From an uncultured Verrucomicrobiae bacterium (lineage in GTDB: Bacteria; Verrucomicrobiota; Verrucomicrobiia; Chthoniobacterales; JAFAMB01), in the NCBI GenBank assembly GCA_963837955.1, contig CAWIPH010000001.1:352001-416000 (forward strand): DNA of 64,000 nucleotides, written 5' to 3'. The notes under the pieces were generated by a model. It saw only the letters and a program-made list of their open reading frames with translations, had not been told where the DNA came from and ran no database searches. Positions 18,422 through 28,959 of the stretch are shown in pieces. Within the stretch, counting starts at the first letter, position 1, and every line of letters begins with the position of its first letter. The position numbers were made by a program, and so were the translations under genes.

Positions 18422-19708
18422 TCATCGCCTTTTTTTCTTCGGCGTGGCCGTGGGCGTCGCGATCGGAGTCGGAGTGGGACTAGGCGAGAGGTAGACCCGT
18501 GCCGAATCTATCGGTGTCGGCGACGGTGCAACCGGAGTGGGTGAAGCGACCGAAGGAGAAGGTGAAGCGACTGAAGGAGACGGCGACGGCGAAGGCTCGG
18601 TCTTTTTCACGAAATCCGCGCGCGCCTTAAGCAGGGGTTCCAAGCTCCAATCCGTTACCAGGAAGCTCCAATGTTCCAATTTCTGTTCATCAGCCAACCG
18701 CGTCTTCCATTGTTCCAACTGCTTGCTAAATTCCTCATCCTTTTTCGACTTTTCTTCCGCGGTTTCGTTAGCGGCAGGAGTGCGGGCTGCTGGAAGGTCA
18801 GCACTCACTTTCACTCGCACAAAATGGGTCTGTTCCGGACCTGCTCCGCCGATTTCCAACCTGTAGTGAAAACCTTCAAACGTCTCCAGTTCGACCAGCA
18901 AAGGCTTATCCAGGCCGGATTCGTTCCCAGGCGTGTTTTCAGGACGAACATCCTGGAATGAAAGGGAGAGCGAAGAAAGGGGGTTAGCGTTCTCTTTGTC
19001 GAGACTTTCGCCGGCGCCAGCATCTTGAAGCTCCCAATCAGCATGATCATCTTTCCGGCTTACCTTCCAACCGGCTGCGTTGCCGACGCTGCCGCGGACC
19101 ACGGACCGCAGCTTTTGGGTATCTATAGACTCCTTTTTCAGCCAAGCGCTAGGATTCAACGGATCCAGAGTGGAAAACGTGTTGTCGATCAAGTATACGC
19201 GATCCTTTTGTTCCGGATTCAGGGCAAAACGGCCGGAACCTGAGGCTCCTTCCGTGTCCTCGCCACCACCGGAAGGCTTCTTTCCTAGCATGAGCGTAGC
19301 GATCTTCTTGTCACCTGTACCGAGTAAATCGATCTCCGTACCGGACTGGTCTCCCTGGCCAGGGGGAAGCAGCTGAAGCCTTCCAAGTTGAGACGTTCCA
19401 ACCTCCAGATTCCGGGCGTATTTTAACTCCCAGATCGAGCGAAGCAGCTCCCGGATCTTGACGAAGTCCGCCGGGTACCCGTATCGTTCAACCACCTGCC
19501 AGCTGTCGCCAGATGTTTGCAGAGTCAGGTTCTCCTTACCTTTTTGTATTCGGATCTTGGTGACATCATTGATTGGCAAGTTCGCAAAGATTTGCCGATC
19601 ACTATTTTCGCCCTTCCAGCCTGCAGATTGCTTCATCTGCAGAAGGGTTCCGGCAATAGCCAGCACGAGGGCAACGCCAAGGAGTAGATAAACCTGTTTT
19701 CGTTTCAT
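18422..19708 (-). CDS. DUF4340 domain protein with Pro/Ser/Thr-rich tail
   Basis: N-terminal TM segment, W.V..RYGYPAD motif, position downstream of a GldG-like gene. Confidence 0.75.
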   Translation of the reverse strand: MKRKQVYLLLGVALVLAIAGTLLQMKQSAGWKGENSDRQIFANLPINDVTKIRIQKGKENLTLQTSGDSWQVVERYGYPADFVKIRELLRSIWELKYARNLEVGTSQLGRLQLLPPGQGDQSGTEIDLLGTGDKKIATLMLGKKPSGGGEDTEGASGSGRFALNPEQKDRVYLIDNTFSTLDPLNPSAWLKKESIDTQKLRSVVRGSVGNAAGWKVSRKDDHADWELQDAGAGESLDKENANPLSSLSLSFQDVRPENTPGNESGLDKPLLVELETFEGFHYRLEIGGAGPEQTHFVRVKVSADLPAARTPAANETAEEKSKKDEEFSKQLEQWKTRLADEQKLEHWSFLVTDWSLEPLLKARADFVKKTEPSPSPSPSVASPSPSVASPTPVAPSPTPIDSARVYLSPSPTPTPIATPTATPKKKRR

Positions 19709-21621
19709 CGAGCGGCGCGACTTTGACGCTTAAACCACGCGAGCCCCAATCCGGTCAGAGTGACGAGCAACGGCATTGCGGCGATGTTGATCCACTTCAA
19801 AGTGTTTTGCAGGGAATCGATTTCTTGTCTCAAATCCTTGCGCACCTGCTTCAGTTCCTTGTCAAACTTTGCTTCGTTTTGCCGGAACTTCTTGATCTCG
19901 GCCTGTTGTTGAGGCGAAAGGACAGTCTTTTGGTCCGACGGGTTAGCGTTTTGCAAAGTAGCTAGCTTTTGCTTGGTTTGGGCGATGCTATTTTCCAGCT
20001 CGTCAATTTTGCTTTGATACTTTTGCTCGGCCGCAGCCTCCATTTGGTTTACGACCAAGAATGGTCGATTGGCGGAGGCCCGACTTCGGATTGACATGAG
20101 ATTGGAATCACCAGCCAACATCTCAACGCTGCTCTCAATAAAGTTCAAATTACCGTTGGAAGGAGAGAACACCGTCTGATTCAGAACCTGTTGCTCGCTC
20201 CCAGCAATCGTATCGTATGCAAAGTCGGCATCCCCGACTAAGACCACCACGCCTTCGCTCGTGCCTTCCTTGAGCGGCACTGGCGTTGAGGTAGCCGAAG
20301 GAGTAGGAGCAGGTGTCGGGGAAGGATTCGGAGATTCCGGTGGAGGAGCGGCCGGCTTACCGCTCGGAAACGCTGTTTTGAATTTTCCGGTTAGACGAAC
20401 CGCCAGCGAGTAGCGTGTATGGGCTGGCTTCAGCGCCTTCCGGACCGCGTCTGAACCCATCTGCACGGTCATCGCATCGATTAGCCCGCTCTGTTCCGAA
20501 GAAGAAATGAGCACTTCTTCTTTCAGGCCATCGGCGGGCGTGCCAAGAAAAGCGCCGGAGAACGGAAGCAGTAGGTCGTTGGATGCAGCGCCGAGAGGAT
20601 CATTTCGGTTGATAGCATCCGCTGTCAGAGACAACACGCTAGGATCCGACTGAATCACGTTAGACTCTCGTTGAATCTTCGTCGCGAAAGTCGGATCAGC
20701 CACAACTTGGTTAGAAGTGAAATTAATGCCCCAGCTTTTCAGAAGTTTGTCGAGTGATGCCGAAAAACCTTCGCCGCTCATCATGCCGGCTTGACCGCTC
20801 AACTGGAAATCGACAAACGAAAAGGGATCGAGCAATGCGACCATCTTTCCGCCCCGCAGGAGAAACTGATCGATAGCATATTGAGCTGAATCGGTGATTC
20901 CTTTGGGATAACAAACTAGTAGAACGGAAATATCGTCATCGATCTTCTCGACGGTTAACGGCACTTCTCGGACCGTGTAGTTTTCCTTGAGTTCCTGTGC
21001 GAATACCCACGGCCCATTGCTTTGCTGCCGCTGCATCATCATCATGGGAGTGCTCCGGCCAAGTACGGGCAATGCGCTCATTACGCCGATCACCGCTTTC
21101 TTTGGGTTGGCCACACTGGAAATAGCTCGCGAGACATCATACTCCAGCAGACTTTCACGGCCCGGACTGAGAAACGGAATTGCGGCCTTCGCATCGAGGC
21201 AACTGACGGCTAGTCCAAGATATACTTTATCGTTCAGGTTGACCGTCTGGCCTTCAACGCCGTCAAGCCGGGCCGAATCTTCTGCGTCGGAGTCAGGCTT
21301 AGGATCGAGTTTGACAATCTTGATCTTGCCGTGGCTCGCCTGCTGAAACTCAGAGAGTAGGTCTTCGACTTCCTGGGCATAAGTGCGCAGGTAGACCGGC
21401 GTCGATGCGTTGTCCTTGCTGTAGTAGTAGCGAACCTCTACCGGCGTATCGAGCTTCTGGACAATCCGCAACGAGCCTTGGGACAAGGTGTACAAATGGT
21501 TCTCGGTCAAATCCAAACGAAATTTATTGAAATTGCCGAGTACGTTGACCGCTATGAGTATGATCAACAGAGCAACCACGCCGATAACTGAAAAGAGCCA
21601 ATTCTCTACCACTTTTCTCAT
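19705..21621 (-). CDS. GldG-family ABC transporter auxiliary component
   Basis: RLDLTENHLYTLS, LEYDVSRAI, IDQFLLRGGK and C-terminal coiled coil plus TM. Confidence 0.85.
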   Translation of the reverse strand: MRKVVENWLFSVIGVVALLIILIAVNVLGNFNKFRLDLTENHLYTLSQGSLRIVQKLDTPVEVRYYYSKDNASTPVYLRTYAQEVEDLLSEFQQASHGKIKIVKLDPKPDSDAEDSARLDGVEGQTVNLNDKVYLGLAVSCLDAKAAIPFLSPGRESLLEYDVSRAISSVANPKKAVIGVMSALPVLGRSTPMMMMQRQQSNGPWVFAQELKENYTVREVPLTVEKIDDDISVLLVCYPKGITDSAQYAIDQFLLRGGKMVALLDPFSFVDFQLSGQAGMMSGEGFSASLDKLLKSWGINFTSNQVVADPTFATKIQRESNVIQSDPSVLSLTADAINRNDPLGAASNDLLLPFSGAFLGTPADGLKEEVLISSSEQSGLIDAMTVQMGSDAVRKALKPAHTRYSLAVRLTGKFKTAFPSGKPAAPPPESPNPSPTPAPTPSATSTPVPLKEGTSEGVVVLVGDADFAYDTIAGSEQQVLNQTVFSPSNGNLNFIESSVEMLAGDSNLMSIRSRASANRPFLVVNQMEAAAEQKYQSKIDELENSIAQTKQKLATLQNANPSDQKTVLSPQQQAEIKKFRQNEAKFDKELKQVRKDLRQEIDSLQNTLKWINIAAMPLLVTLTGLGLAWFKRQSRAAR

Positions 21622-21627
21622 AGGCTT

Positions 21628-22359
21628 TTAGGAGCGATGAGCGCGCAAGATTACGCTCGTCGTGAATAATGAGAAGACGATGACGCTGATGAAAAACAAC
21701 AAATCGCGACTGTCGACGACCCCTCGCTGAATACTCTCGAAATGCGTCATGACTCCAACCGAGGTAACCGCGTCGACCAGCCAGGCCGGAGCCCAAGCTG
21801 AGAGCGGATCAGTGATCGGACGCCAACCGCAGAGAATCAAAAGAAGAGAGATAACTACGGCCAAGATGAAAGCGACGACCTGATTCCGGGTCAGAGCCGA
21901 GGTTAGCGAAGCGATCGAAAGAAAGGCACCGGCCAGAAAAAAACTACCGATATACCCGCAGAATATCCGGCCAAAATCCGGGTGTCCGAGATACGCTACG
22001 GTGATAACCAAAGGGAACGTCAGCGCCAACGCGATGCAAAGAAAGATCCAGCTTGCCAGGAATTTTCCGAGAATCGCCTGCCACGGAGTGACCGGCATGG
22101 TCAATAGCAGTTCCATCGTCCCGAGCCGGAGCTCTTCCGACCAAAGCCGCATGCCAACTGCGGGAACAAGGAAAAGGTAAAGCCAAGGGTGCCAGAAGAA
22201 GAAGGGGATCAAGTCGGCCACACCGCGCTCGAAAAAACCGCTCACCATGAAAGTGAAAGCGGCGGATAAGAGCAGAAAAATTACGATGAACACATAGGCA
22301 ACCGGCGAAGTGAAATAAGCCCAGAGTTCCCGTTTTGCGATAGTCCAAATCGTCTTCAT
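21628..22359 (-). CDS. GldF-like ABC-2 permease
   Basis: KRELWAYFTSPVAY, MRLWSEELRLGTMELLLT and LTRNQVVAF. Confidence 0.9.
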   Translation of the reverse strand: MKTIWTIAKRELWAYFTSPVAYVFIVIFLLLSAAFTFMVSGFFERGVADLIPFFFWHPWLYLFLVPAVGMRLWSEELRLGTMELLLTMPVTPWQAILGKFLASWIFLCIALALTFPLVITVAYLGHPDFGRIFCGYIGSFFLAGAFLSIASLTSALTRNQVVAFILAVVISLLLILCGWRPITDPLSAWAPAWLVDAVTSVGVMTHFESIQRGVVDSRDLLFFISVIVFSLFTTSVILRAHRS

Positions 22360-23300
22360 TCGGCGGCTTTTGTATCTGGCAGTGTGATGGCCCGGAAAAC
22401 GTCATCCAGTCGGCCCTCATCAACTTGAAGGTCTTCAACCTTCCAGCTGCTACGGCCAACTAGCGTGAGGAGTTCAGGCAACATTCGGCCTTTCGGCATT
22501 ACCCGAACCGTAATACGACGGTCCTCTGCTGATAAAAGCTCGCACTGTGAAACGGTGGAAAGTGATTCCAATTGGGCAACGAGCGCTTCCTTCTCCGCAC
22601 CGCTCACTGTCAGAACGATACTACCGGCTAACGGCGATTTCGCCTTGAGTTCCTCGGGTGTTCCGATTGCCACGATGCTGCCCTGATCGATAATCAGTGC
22701 GCGCGTGCAGGCCGCTTCTACTTCCTCCAAGATATGAGTCGAAAAGATGATCGCTTTATCAGTGCCCAAGCGCCGAAGCAACGATCGAACCTCATATTTT
22801 TGGTTGGGATCAAGACCGTCCGTTGGCTCATCGAGAATCAGGACCTCCGGGTCATGGATCAAAGCCTGCGCGAGACAAGTGCGATGGCGAAATCCTTTCG
22901 ACAACGTATCAACGCTTTGCTGCATCACTCGGTTCAGAAAACAGATTTCCACGACGCGATCGATAGCCTCGGTCTTAGCCGGTCCAAAAAGCCCGCGCAT
23001 CTCGGCACAAAAGCTCAAAAATCCGGCCACCGACATATCGCTATAAATAGGAGCATTTTCGGGCAGATATCCGATGCGACGTCGAGCTTCCAATGAGTTC
23101 TCGGTGATATCGAAGCCACCGATTGTGACGGTTCCCTCGGTTGGAGGGAGGTATCCGGTAATCATCCGCATGCTGGTTGATTTGCCGGCGCCATTCGGCC
23201 CGAGAAACCCGAGAACTTCGCCTTTAGCAACGGAAAACGTGATGTGGTCGACGGCGAGTTTCGGCCCGAAACTCTTCGTCAGCTTCTCAACGTTAATCAT
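22356..23300 (-). CDS. GldA-like ABC ATP-binding protein
   Basis: GPNGAGKS, LSKG signature, ILDEPT and STHIL. Confidence 0.93.
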   Translation of the reverse strand: MINVEKLTKSFGPKLAVDHITFSVAKGEVLGFLGPNGAGKSTSMRMITGYLPPTEGTVTIGGFDITENSLEARRRIGYLPENAPIYSDMSVAGFLSFCAEMRGLFGPAKTEAIDRVVEICFLNRVMQQSVDTLSKGFRHRTCLAQALIHDPEVLILDEPTDGLDPNQKYEVRSLLRRLGTDKAIIFSTHILEEVEAACTRALIIDQGSIVAIGTPEELKAKSPLAGSIVLTVSGAEKEALVAQLESLSTVSQCELLSAEDRRITVRVMPKGRMLPELLTLVGRSSWKVEDLQVDEGRLDDVFRAITLPDTKAAE

Positions 23301-23443
23301 AGGGAATAGGTCATGGCGGACCTTCCTTTTCTGGAAGGGAGCTTAAGACAAAGCGCGGGCCTGTCCCTTTGTCAAGCGAAGGGCACTTGCTGATTTCGGC
23401 GTTGACTTTCGCCCGATCCAAGCTCGAAGGATATCGTTGCAAC

Positions 23444-24571
23444 ATGCCCAGAAATTCTATTCCGCGTTTGATTTATGCCTCGAGCGAGGCTTCGGCCGAT
23501 ATGCTGTATGCCACCCGATTCTTTGTGGGGGATCCGTTCTTGTACCTGGAGCAGAACGGGAAAAAGAGCATACTGCTTTCCGACTTGGAAATTGATCGCG
23601 GCCGCCGGCAAGCGAAGGTGGATGAAGTAGTTTCTCTCTCTCTGATTCAACGCCCGCTCGAGAAGCGATTAAAGCGCAAACCGACGATTCCGCAGACGAT
23701 AGAACGATTCTTGCGTCAACGCAGGGTCAAGCGCGCGGCGGTGCCGAGCGATTTTCCACTAGGGTTAGCACAGGCTCTGACCGCCAGCGGAATTAAACTG
23801 GAGCCGACTTCAGGTCTATTTTACGCAGAGCGCGAATTCAAGCGGGATGAGGAGATCAAGCAGCTGCAAAATGCGATTGCATTGACAGAAGTAGGCCTGG
23901 AAAGGGCTTTCGAAGTTCTTCGAGCATCGGAGATCAAACCAGGGCGCAGGCTTTTTTGGGGCGGCAAGAGACTGACCTCCGAGATACTGCGTGCGGAGAT
24001 CGATTGCGCCATTCTCCGCACGGGCGGAACGCCGATGAACACCATCGTCGCGAGCGGCGACCAGGCATGCGATCCCCACGATCGGGGTTCTGGGCCATTG
24101 GCGGCAAATTCATTGATTATTCTGGACGTGTTTCCGCGAGCTGCTGACACCGGCTACTACGGCGATATCACGCGAACCGTGATTCGCGGAAAAGCAAGCG
24201 AACCACAAAAACGTCTTTGGCATACCGTGTTGGAAGGCCAAGAGTATGCCCTGAAAAAAATTCGTCCTGGAGTCTCCGGCCAGGAGCTGCAAAAGGAGGT
24301 CTCCGATCTGTTCACCGATCGCGGGTACCCGACCGAGATTCGTGATGGCCGTTGGACCGGATTTTTCCACGGCCTTGGCCATGGACTCGGATTGGAAATT
24401 CATGAATCACCGCGGATCGCCGGGACCGATTTCAAGAAGGGGCAAGTTCTCACCGTGGAACCTGGTCTCTATCTTCCGGGTGTCGGCGGCGTCCGGCACG
24501 AAGACGACGGAGTAGTGACTGAGAACGGCTTCCGGGTATTGTCGAAGTTTCCTAAGGTCTTGGAGGTGTAG
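23444..24571 (+). CDS. Xaa-Pro peptidase family (M24) protein
   Basis: GYYGDITRT, HGLGHGLGLEIHE, TVEPGLY and GVRHEDD. Confidence 0.92.
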   Translation: MPRNSIPRLIYASSEASADMLYATRFFVGDPFLYLEQNGKKSILLSDLEIDRGRRQAKVDEVVSLSLIQRPLEKRLKRKPTIPQTIERFLRQRRVKRAAVPSDFPLGLAQALTASGIKLEPTSGLFYAEREFKRDEEIKQLQNAIALTEVGLERAFEVLRASEIKPGRRLFWGGKRLTSEILRAEIDCAILRTGGTPMNTIVASGDQACDPHDRGSGPLAANSLIILDVFPRAADTGYYGDITRTVIRGKASEPQKRLWHTVLEGQEYALKKIRPGVSGQELQKEVSDLFTDRGYPTEIRDGRWTGFFHGLGHGLGLEIHESPRIAGTDFKKGQVLTVEPGLYLPGVGGVRHEDDGVVTENGFRVLSKFPKVLEV

Positions 24572-24643
24572 GGGACACGCGGGACGGGATTGCGGAGCTG
24601 ATGCTGGCAAAGTCCATTCTGCGACGACGTAAGATATCCCAGA

Positions 24644-24862
24644 CGGGTAGGGCGAAACACGCCGCTGAGCGACAGCGAGGTACGGCGTGTGAGCCGAACG
24701 ACTTGTGCAACCACGGCCTACCGCCACGCCAAGAATCGTAATCGCATCAGGAGGCTTTGCTCTATTTGATCGTTGTTCGGTAATGCGTCGAAGCTCACAG
24801 TCCGGCGATTGGCCCTCTTCGTCTATCACGCGTGCGTCCGCCGAACTGTTTCGCCCTATCCG
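24644..24862. repeat. GTAG-REP doublet with extended arms
   Basis: GGGTAGGGCGAAACACGCCG..CGGCGTGTGAGCC....GCTCACAGTCCGGCG..CGCCGAACTGTTTCGCCCTATCC. Confidence 0.75.
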
Positions 24863-24927
24863 CCTTGGGTGTCTTTCGAATTAATCGCAGCAACCAATCT
24901 TCCAACCTGCAACCTGTAACCCGCAAC

Positions 24928-25494
24928 CTAGTACGCAAACAGGGCGAGCGAGAAGATAAGCGCACCCCAAAGTACTCCCAGGCCGCTCAATGCCCTCCAC
25001 CGAAAAAGAGATCTTGTGATCCAACTAATCTGGTCGCGCATAAGGTACGGTTTGCCGACCCAGAACATGCCGAGAGTGAGCCAGATGTAAGCGAGGATCA
25101 CGAGCAACAATCGAGAACGTTCGGATCGCAGAAAGGCGGCTGATAAGATCGGTTCGGCGATCAACATCGCCAAAATGCCTAATGCCCGAGCAGCCAAAAA
25201 TTCTTCGACGAATAAGACCGTGAGAACGAAAAGCACCGGTACAGCCACCTGGAGATAAACGCGAAGCCACCCAAATTCTTCCAGATCAACCGAAGAGACC
25301 AACCAGAAACACCAAACCGCGTCTATCGCCAGGATACCGATGCCGGCAGATTTGGAGCGGGGCAGTTTAGTCAGCCACTTCTGAGTTTCCGCCGTTCGCA
25401 GGAGAGCGAACAAATGACCGACAATCAAGGCTGCGCCGATGATCAGGCCAACAACGTGAAGAGTGAAGTCGTAGATTCGAGGTGGATAATCCAT
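24928..25494 (-). CDS. Hypothetical multi-pass membrane protein
   Basis: About 6 hydrophobic segments; 7 bp downstream of miaB. Confidence 0.8.
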   Translation of the reverse strand: MDYPPRIYDFTLHVVGLIIGAALIVGHLFALLRTAETQKWLTKLPRSKSAGIGILAIDAVWCFWLVSSVDLEEFGWLRVYLQVAVPVLFVLTVLFVEEFLAARALGILAMLIAEPILSAAFLRSERSRLLLVILAYIWLTLGMFWVGKPYLMRDQISWITRSLFRWRALSGLGVLWGALIFSLALFAY

Positions 25495-25501
25495 GAAACG
25501 A

Positions 25502-26863
25502 TTAATTGGCGAGAATGGCAGGGTCTCCGTACAGCGTGTATCCGGTCGAACGAAGGACTCGCACCGGGAAAAGCTCTCCGATATGGCGCGGCGATCCTTC
25601 GAACACCACGATTTTGTTTCCGCGCGTACGTCCCATTAAGCGCTCCGGATTAGTTTTACTCGGTCCTTCACAAAGAATTTCGACCTCTCTACCAACAAAT
25701 GCTTCATTGCGCCGTTTTGCCCAGGAGTTCACTAGCTCCAAAAGACCGTGGTTCCGATCTTCTTTCATCGCCTCAGGAACCTGTGCGTCGAGTCCGGCAG
25801 CTACCGTATCTCGTCGCGGCGAATATTTGAAAACAAACGCATTGTCGAAACCAACCCGTTCGACCAGCTCGCAAGTCTGATGATAATCGTCATCAGTCTC
25901 TCCCGGGAAGCCGACGATGATATCAGTAGTAATCGCAATGCCCGGCGACGTGGCTCGAATGCGCTCCACCAATTCGAAATACTTCTCGCTAGTATAGGTC
26001 CGGCGCATCGCTCGCAAGATTCGATCGGAACCGGACTGTAGGGGAAGATGAACGTGTTCCACCAGTTTTGGCAGGCGGGCAAGCGCTTCGATGAGATCCT
26101 GACGAAAGCCGATCGGATGGGGCGAGGTAAAGCGGATCCGTTCGATTCCGACCACGTTGTGAATGGCTTCAAGAAGTTGAACGAACGGGCTCTTGCCGTC
26201 CAATCTTGGAAATTCGTGTCGGCCGTAAAGATTAACGATTTGACCCAGTAAGGTAACTTCCTTAACTCCGCGCGTCGCCAGTTGCTCGACTTCGGCGACA
26301 ATCTCGTTGATGGGGCGGCTTCGTTCCGGACCTCGGGTCGACGGGACGATGCAAAAAGAGCAATGCATATTGCATCCCTGCATGATCGATACGAAAGCGC
26401 TTACCATCTTTTCGCGCGAGAGATGGTCGCGAATGGTGCTTTGGGAACCGCTTTCCTCCCCAACATCGACGATTGAAAATCGAACATCATCCCAACGCTG
26501 CGCCGTCTTCCGATCAAGCGCTTCTTCGACATATTCGGCGACCCGATGAAACTTTTGGGTACCAACGACTAGATCGAGATGAGGAACATCCTTGAGGAGC
26601 GATGCACCCCGGCTCTGCGCCATGCAGCCGAGTAAACCGTAAACCACTGGCCGCTGACGAGATAACGCACCCAGCATGCCGATTTTACCGAGCGCCTTCT
26701 GTTCGGCCAGGTCCCGCACGCTGCAAGTGTTGAGCAGAACAACGTCGGCATCTTGAGCATCTGCGGTAATCACATGTCCACGGGCAATGAGCATCTGCGC
26801 GACCTGTTCGGAATCGCGCTCGTTCATCTGGCAACCGTAGGTTTTGATGTAGACCCTGACCAT
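25502..26863 (-). CDS. miaB: tRNA-2-methylthio-N6-dimethylallyladenosine synthase MiaB
   Basis: TYGCQMNERDSE, NTCSVR, radical-SAM CNMHCSFC, RFTSPHP and TRAM domain. Confidence 0.96.
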   Translation of the reverse strand: MVRVYIKTYGCQMNERDSEQVAQMLIARGHVITADAQDADVVLLNTCSVRDLAEQKALGKIGMLGALSRQRPVVYGLLGCMAQSRGASLLKDVPHLDLVVGTQKFHRVAEYVEEALDRKTAQRWDDVRFSIVDVGEESGSQSTIRDHLSREKMVSAFVSIMQGCNMHCSFCIVPSTRGPERSRPINEIVAEVEQLATRGVKEVTLLGQIVNLYGRHEFPRLDGKSPFVQLLEAIHNVVGIERIRFTSPHPIGFRQDLIEALARLPKLVEHVHLPLQSGSDRILRAMRRTYTSEKYFELVERIRATSPGIAITTDIIVGFPGETDDDYHQTCELVERVGFDNAFVFKYSPRRDTVAAGLDAQVPEAMKEDRNHGLLELVNSWAKRRNEAFVGREVEILCEGPSKTNPERLMGRTRGNKIVVFEGSPRHIGELFPVRVLRSTGYTLYGDPAILAN

Positions 26864-27236
26864 TGTCTTGTCACGAAAGCGCGTAAAGTAGCGCGTCCCG
26901 CCGGGGAAGTAAAATGCACGCGCCCGTCAAATTGGCGAACGCACGCCGGAATTCTTCGCGGTGCCAATAGAGGGGCCTGCAATTTCACAAACTGCCTCTG
27001 GACGCCAACTTACGCGAATCAACCCCTTTAATTCGCAGCCTGTCTCCCGCGTCCGAGATTTCCTCGGTCGCGCCTTAGCGAAGCGGAGATGGAGCAAAGA
27101 GATCGGTAAGTGTGCTTTTGGGGTTCGCCGTCGCACCGTCGTGGTTTCGACGTCCTCGGCCGAACGGTTACCGCGTGCGCCGGTACTGACCACTGGTCCG
27201 TTTTATGGGCGTCACAGAATTGGAACGAACTGTTGC

Positions 27237-27324
27237 TTGACATTCAGGAGCCAAAAACGCTGTAAATGTTTACAGCAAAAGTTTACATCAGCCGATAAAC
27301 GATCAGTTATTGTTAGCGTTAACA
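27237..27324 (+). promoter_or_regulatory. Promoter with two LacI-family-like operators
   Basis: TTGACA 27237; palindromes GCTGTAAA-TG-TTTACAGC 27259-27276 and TGTTAGCGTTAACA 27311-27324. Confidence 0.55.
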
Positions 27325-27410
27325 TCGGCCGCGTAAAATTCCTGCCTAGTCGATGTAAAGGTTTGCCCCAACCTCAACTGTTAACCCCCAAGCCGTCCCC
27401 CTAGACCAAA

Positions 27411-28865
27411 ATGAAAACTGGGATCCGATCTAGTTTCCTTAACCGTGTGCCACGGTTAAATGCAATCCCCCTCTCCTCCCGACGCGTGGTTTATCCATTG
27501 CGAATCAATTCGCTGCTGGCCCTCGGTGCTCTAACACTTGGCGCGATTACTGCCGTCGCTGCCGATTTCCCCGATACAGCTTACCACGGCGGAAAGAAAT
27601 GGGTGGCCTCATGGGCGAGCTCGATGCAAGGCACTTTGGCAGTGGCGCCAGCTCCTCCCTACGCTTATACGCCGGCCAGCGTGTATAATACGGAACCTGA
27701 CCTGACGTATGCACTTCCCAACGGGAACACGGATGGCGTTGCCAACCAGACGGTGCGCCTGATTGTTAAGCCCGATCTTTGGGGCCGTTCCGTTCGCTTA
27801 CGTTTTTCGAACTTTTTCGGTACCCAGCCTGTCACGCTCTCGAAAGTCACAGTCGGCTTGCAGGCATATGCGGCAAATCTCGTACCGGGTACCAGTACGC
27901 GAGCTAGCTTTCAGGGTCAGCCGAGTGTGACCATACAGCCCGGCCAGAGAATCTACAGCGATCCGGTTTTGCTGGGATTCGTTTCAGATGCAGAAGAGAA
28001 TGCGAATGATCAGGTTGTCGTTGGGCGCAACCTGGCTGTCAGCTTTTTGGTCCAAGGGAAGACTGGTCCGATTACTTATCATGCTCAGGCGCTATCTACG
28101 TCCTATATCAGTCCGCCCGGCAGCGGCGATCACACGGATGATCTGACCGACGCATCGTATCCCTACTCGATGAGCTCCTGGTTCTTCCTGGATGCAGTGG
28201 ATGTCTTGGCCGAATCGGATACTGCGCTAGTCTGTGCGTTCGGAGACTCGATCACCGACGGAACCTTTTCCACCCTGAATGGCAACGACCGCTGGAGCAA
28301 CCGGCTCTCGGTTCTACTACATCAGATATACGGCAACAAAGTGTCGGTAGTGAATGAAGGGATCGGTGGCAACACGGTGGTCAATCCGCCCCAGACGGGG
28401 CCGGCCGCGGTCGACCGGTTAGACCGTGACGTACTAGACCTTTCTGGTTTGACCGCGGTGATCTGGCTCGAAGGCATTAACGACTTCGGCGCCGAGAACA
28501 ATACCGCTGATGCTGTTATTGCGGGCTTTACCAACGGTGTGAAGCGTATGCACGCTCGAGGCATTAAGGTTGTGGGCGCGACTATCACCGCAAGTCTTGG
28601 ATGTGCGCTGCTCCCCAATTGGGGTTCCTCCACGACCAACGCCAAACGCAATCAGGTCAACGCATTTATCCGCCAGTCCGGTGTCTATGATAGCGTTGCA
28701 GACATGGACGCTGCCACCGTCGATCCCTCAACGGGCCGGCTGAAGGCGGAGTTTGTTCCTGACAGTACCAAGGGAGGTCCCGGCGATTATCTGCATCTCA
28801 ATCGTGCTGGATACCAAGCGATGGCCAACAGCATCGACCCGAGCGTGCTCGCTCCAACCCCGTAG
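27411..28865 (+). CDS. Secreted SGNH/GDSL esterase
   Basis: GDSITDG, NEGIGGN, EGIND and DYLH blocks; signal-like hydrophobic segment; true start may be downstream. Confidence 0.9.
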   Translation: MKTGIRSSFLNRVPRLNAIPLSSRRVVYPLRINSLLALGALTLGAITAVAADFPDTAYHGGKKWVASWASSMQGTLAVAPAPPYAYTPASVYNTEPDLTYALPNGNTDGVANQTVRLIVKPDLWGRSVRLRFSNFFGTQPVTLSKVTVGLQAYAANLVPGTSTRASFQGQPSVTIQPGQRIYSDPVLLGFVSDAEENANDQVVVGRNLAVSFLVQGKTGPITYHAQALSTSYISPPGSGDHTDDLTDASYPYSMSSWFFLDAVDVLAESDTALVCAFGDSITDGTFSTLNGNDRWSNRLSVLLHQIYGNKVSVVNEGIGGNTVVNPPQTGPAAVDRLDRDVLDLSGLTAVIWLEGINDFGAENNTADAVIAGFTNGVKRMHARGIKVVGATITASLGCALLPNWGSSTTNAKRNQVNAFIRQSGVYDSVADMDAATVDPSTGRLKAEFVPDSTKGGPGDYLHLNRAGYQAMANSIDPSVLAPTP

Positions 28866-28885
28866 CGATCGGCGATCGGCATGCC

Positions 28886-28923
28886 ATAGGACTCATAGGT
28901 CGCATGTGACTTATGAGTCCTAT
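28886..28923. repeat. Palindrome built from the 9-mer repeat family; possible bidirectional terminator
   Basis: ATAGGACTCATAGGTCGCATGTGACTTATGAGTCCTAT between convergent genes. Confidence 0.65.
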
Positions 28924-28959
28924 ACCGTCGTGGGCTCAGCGAAGCCCCCTGTGCAATCC

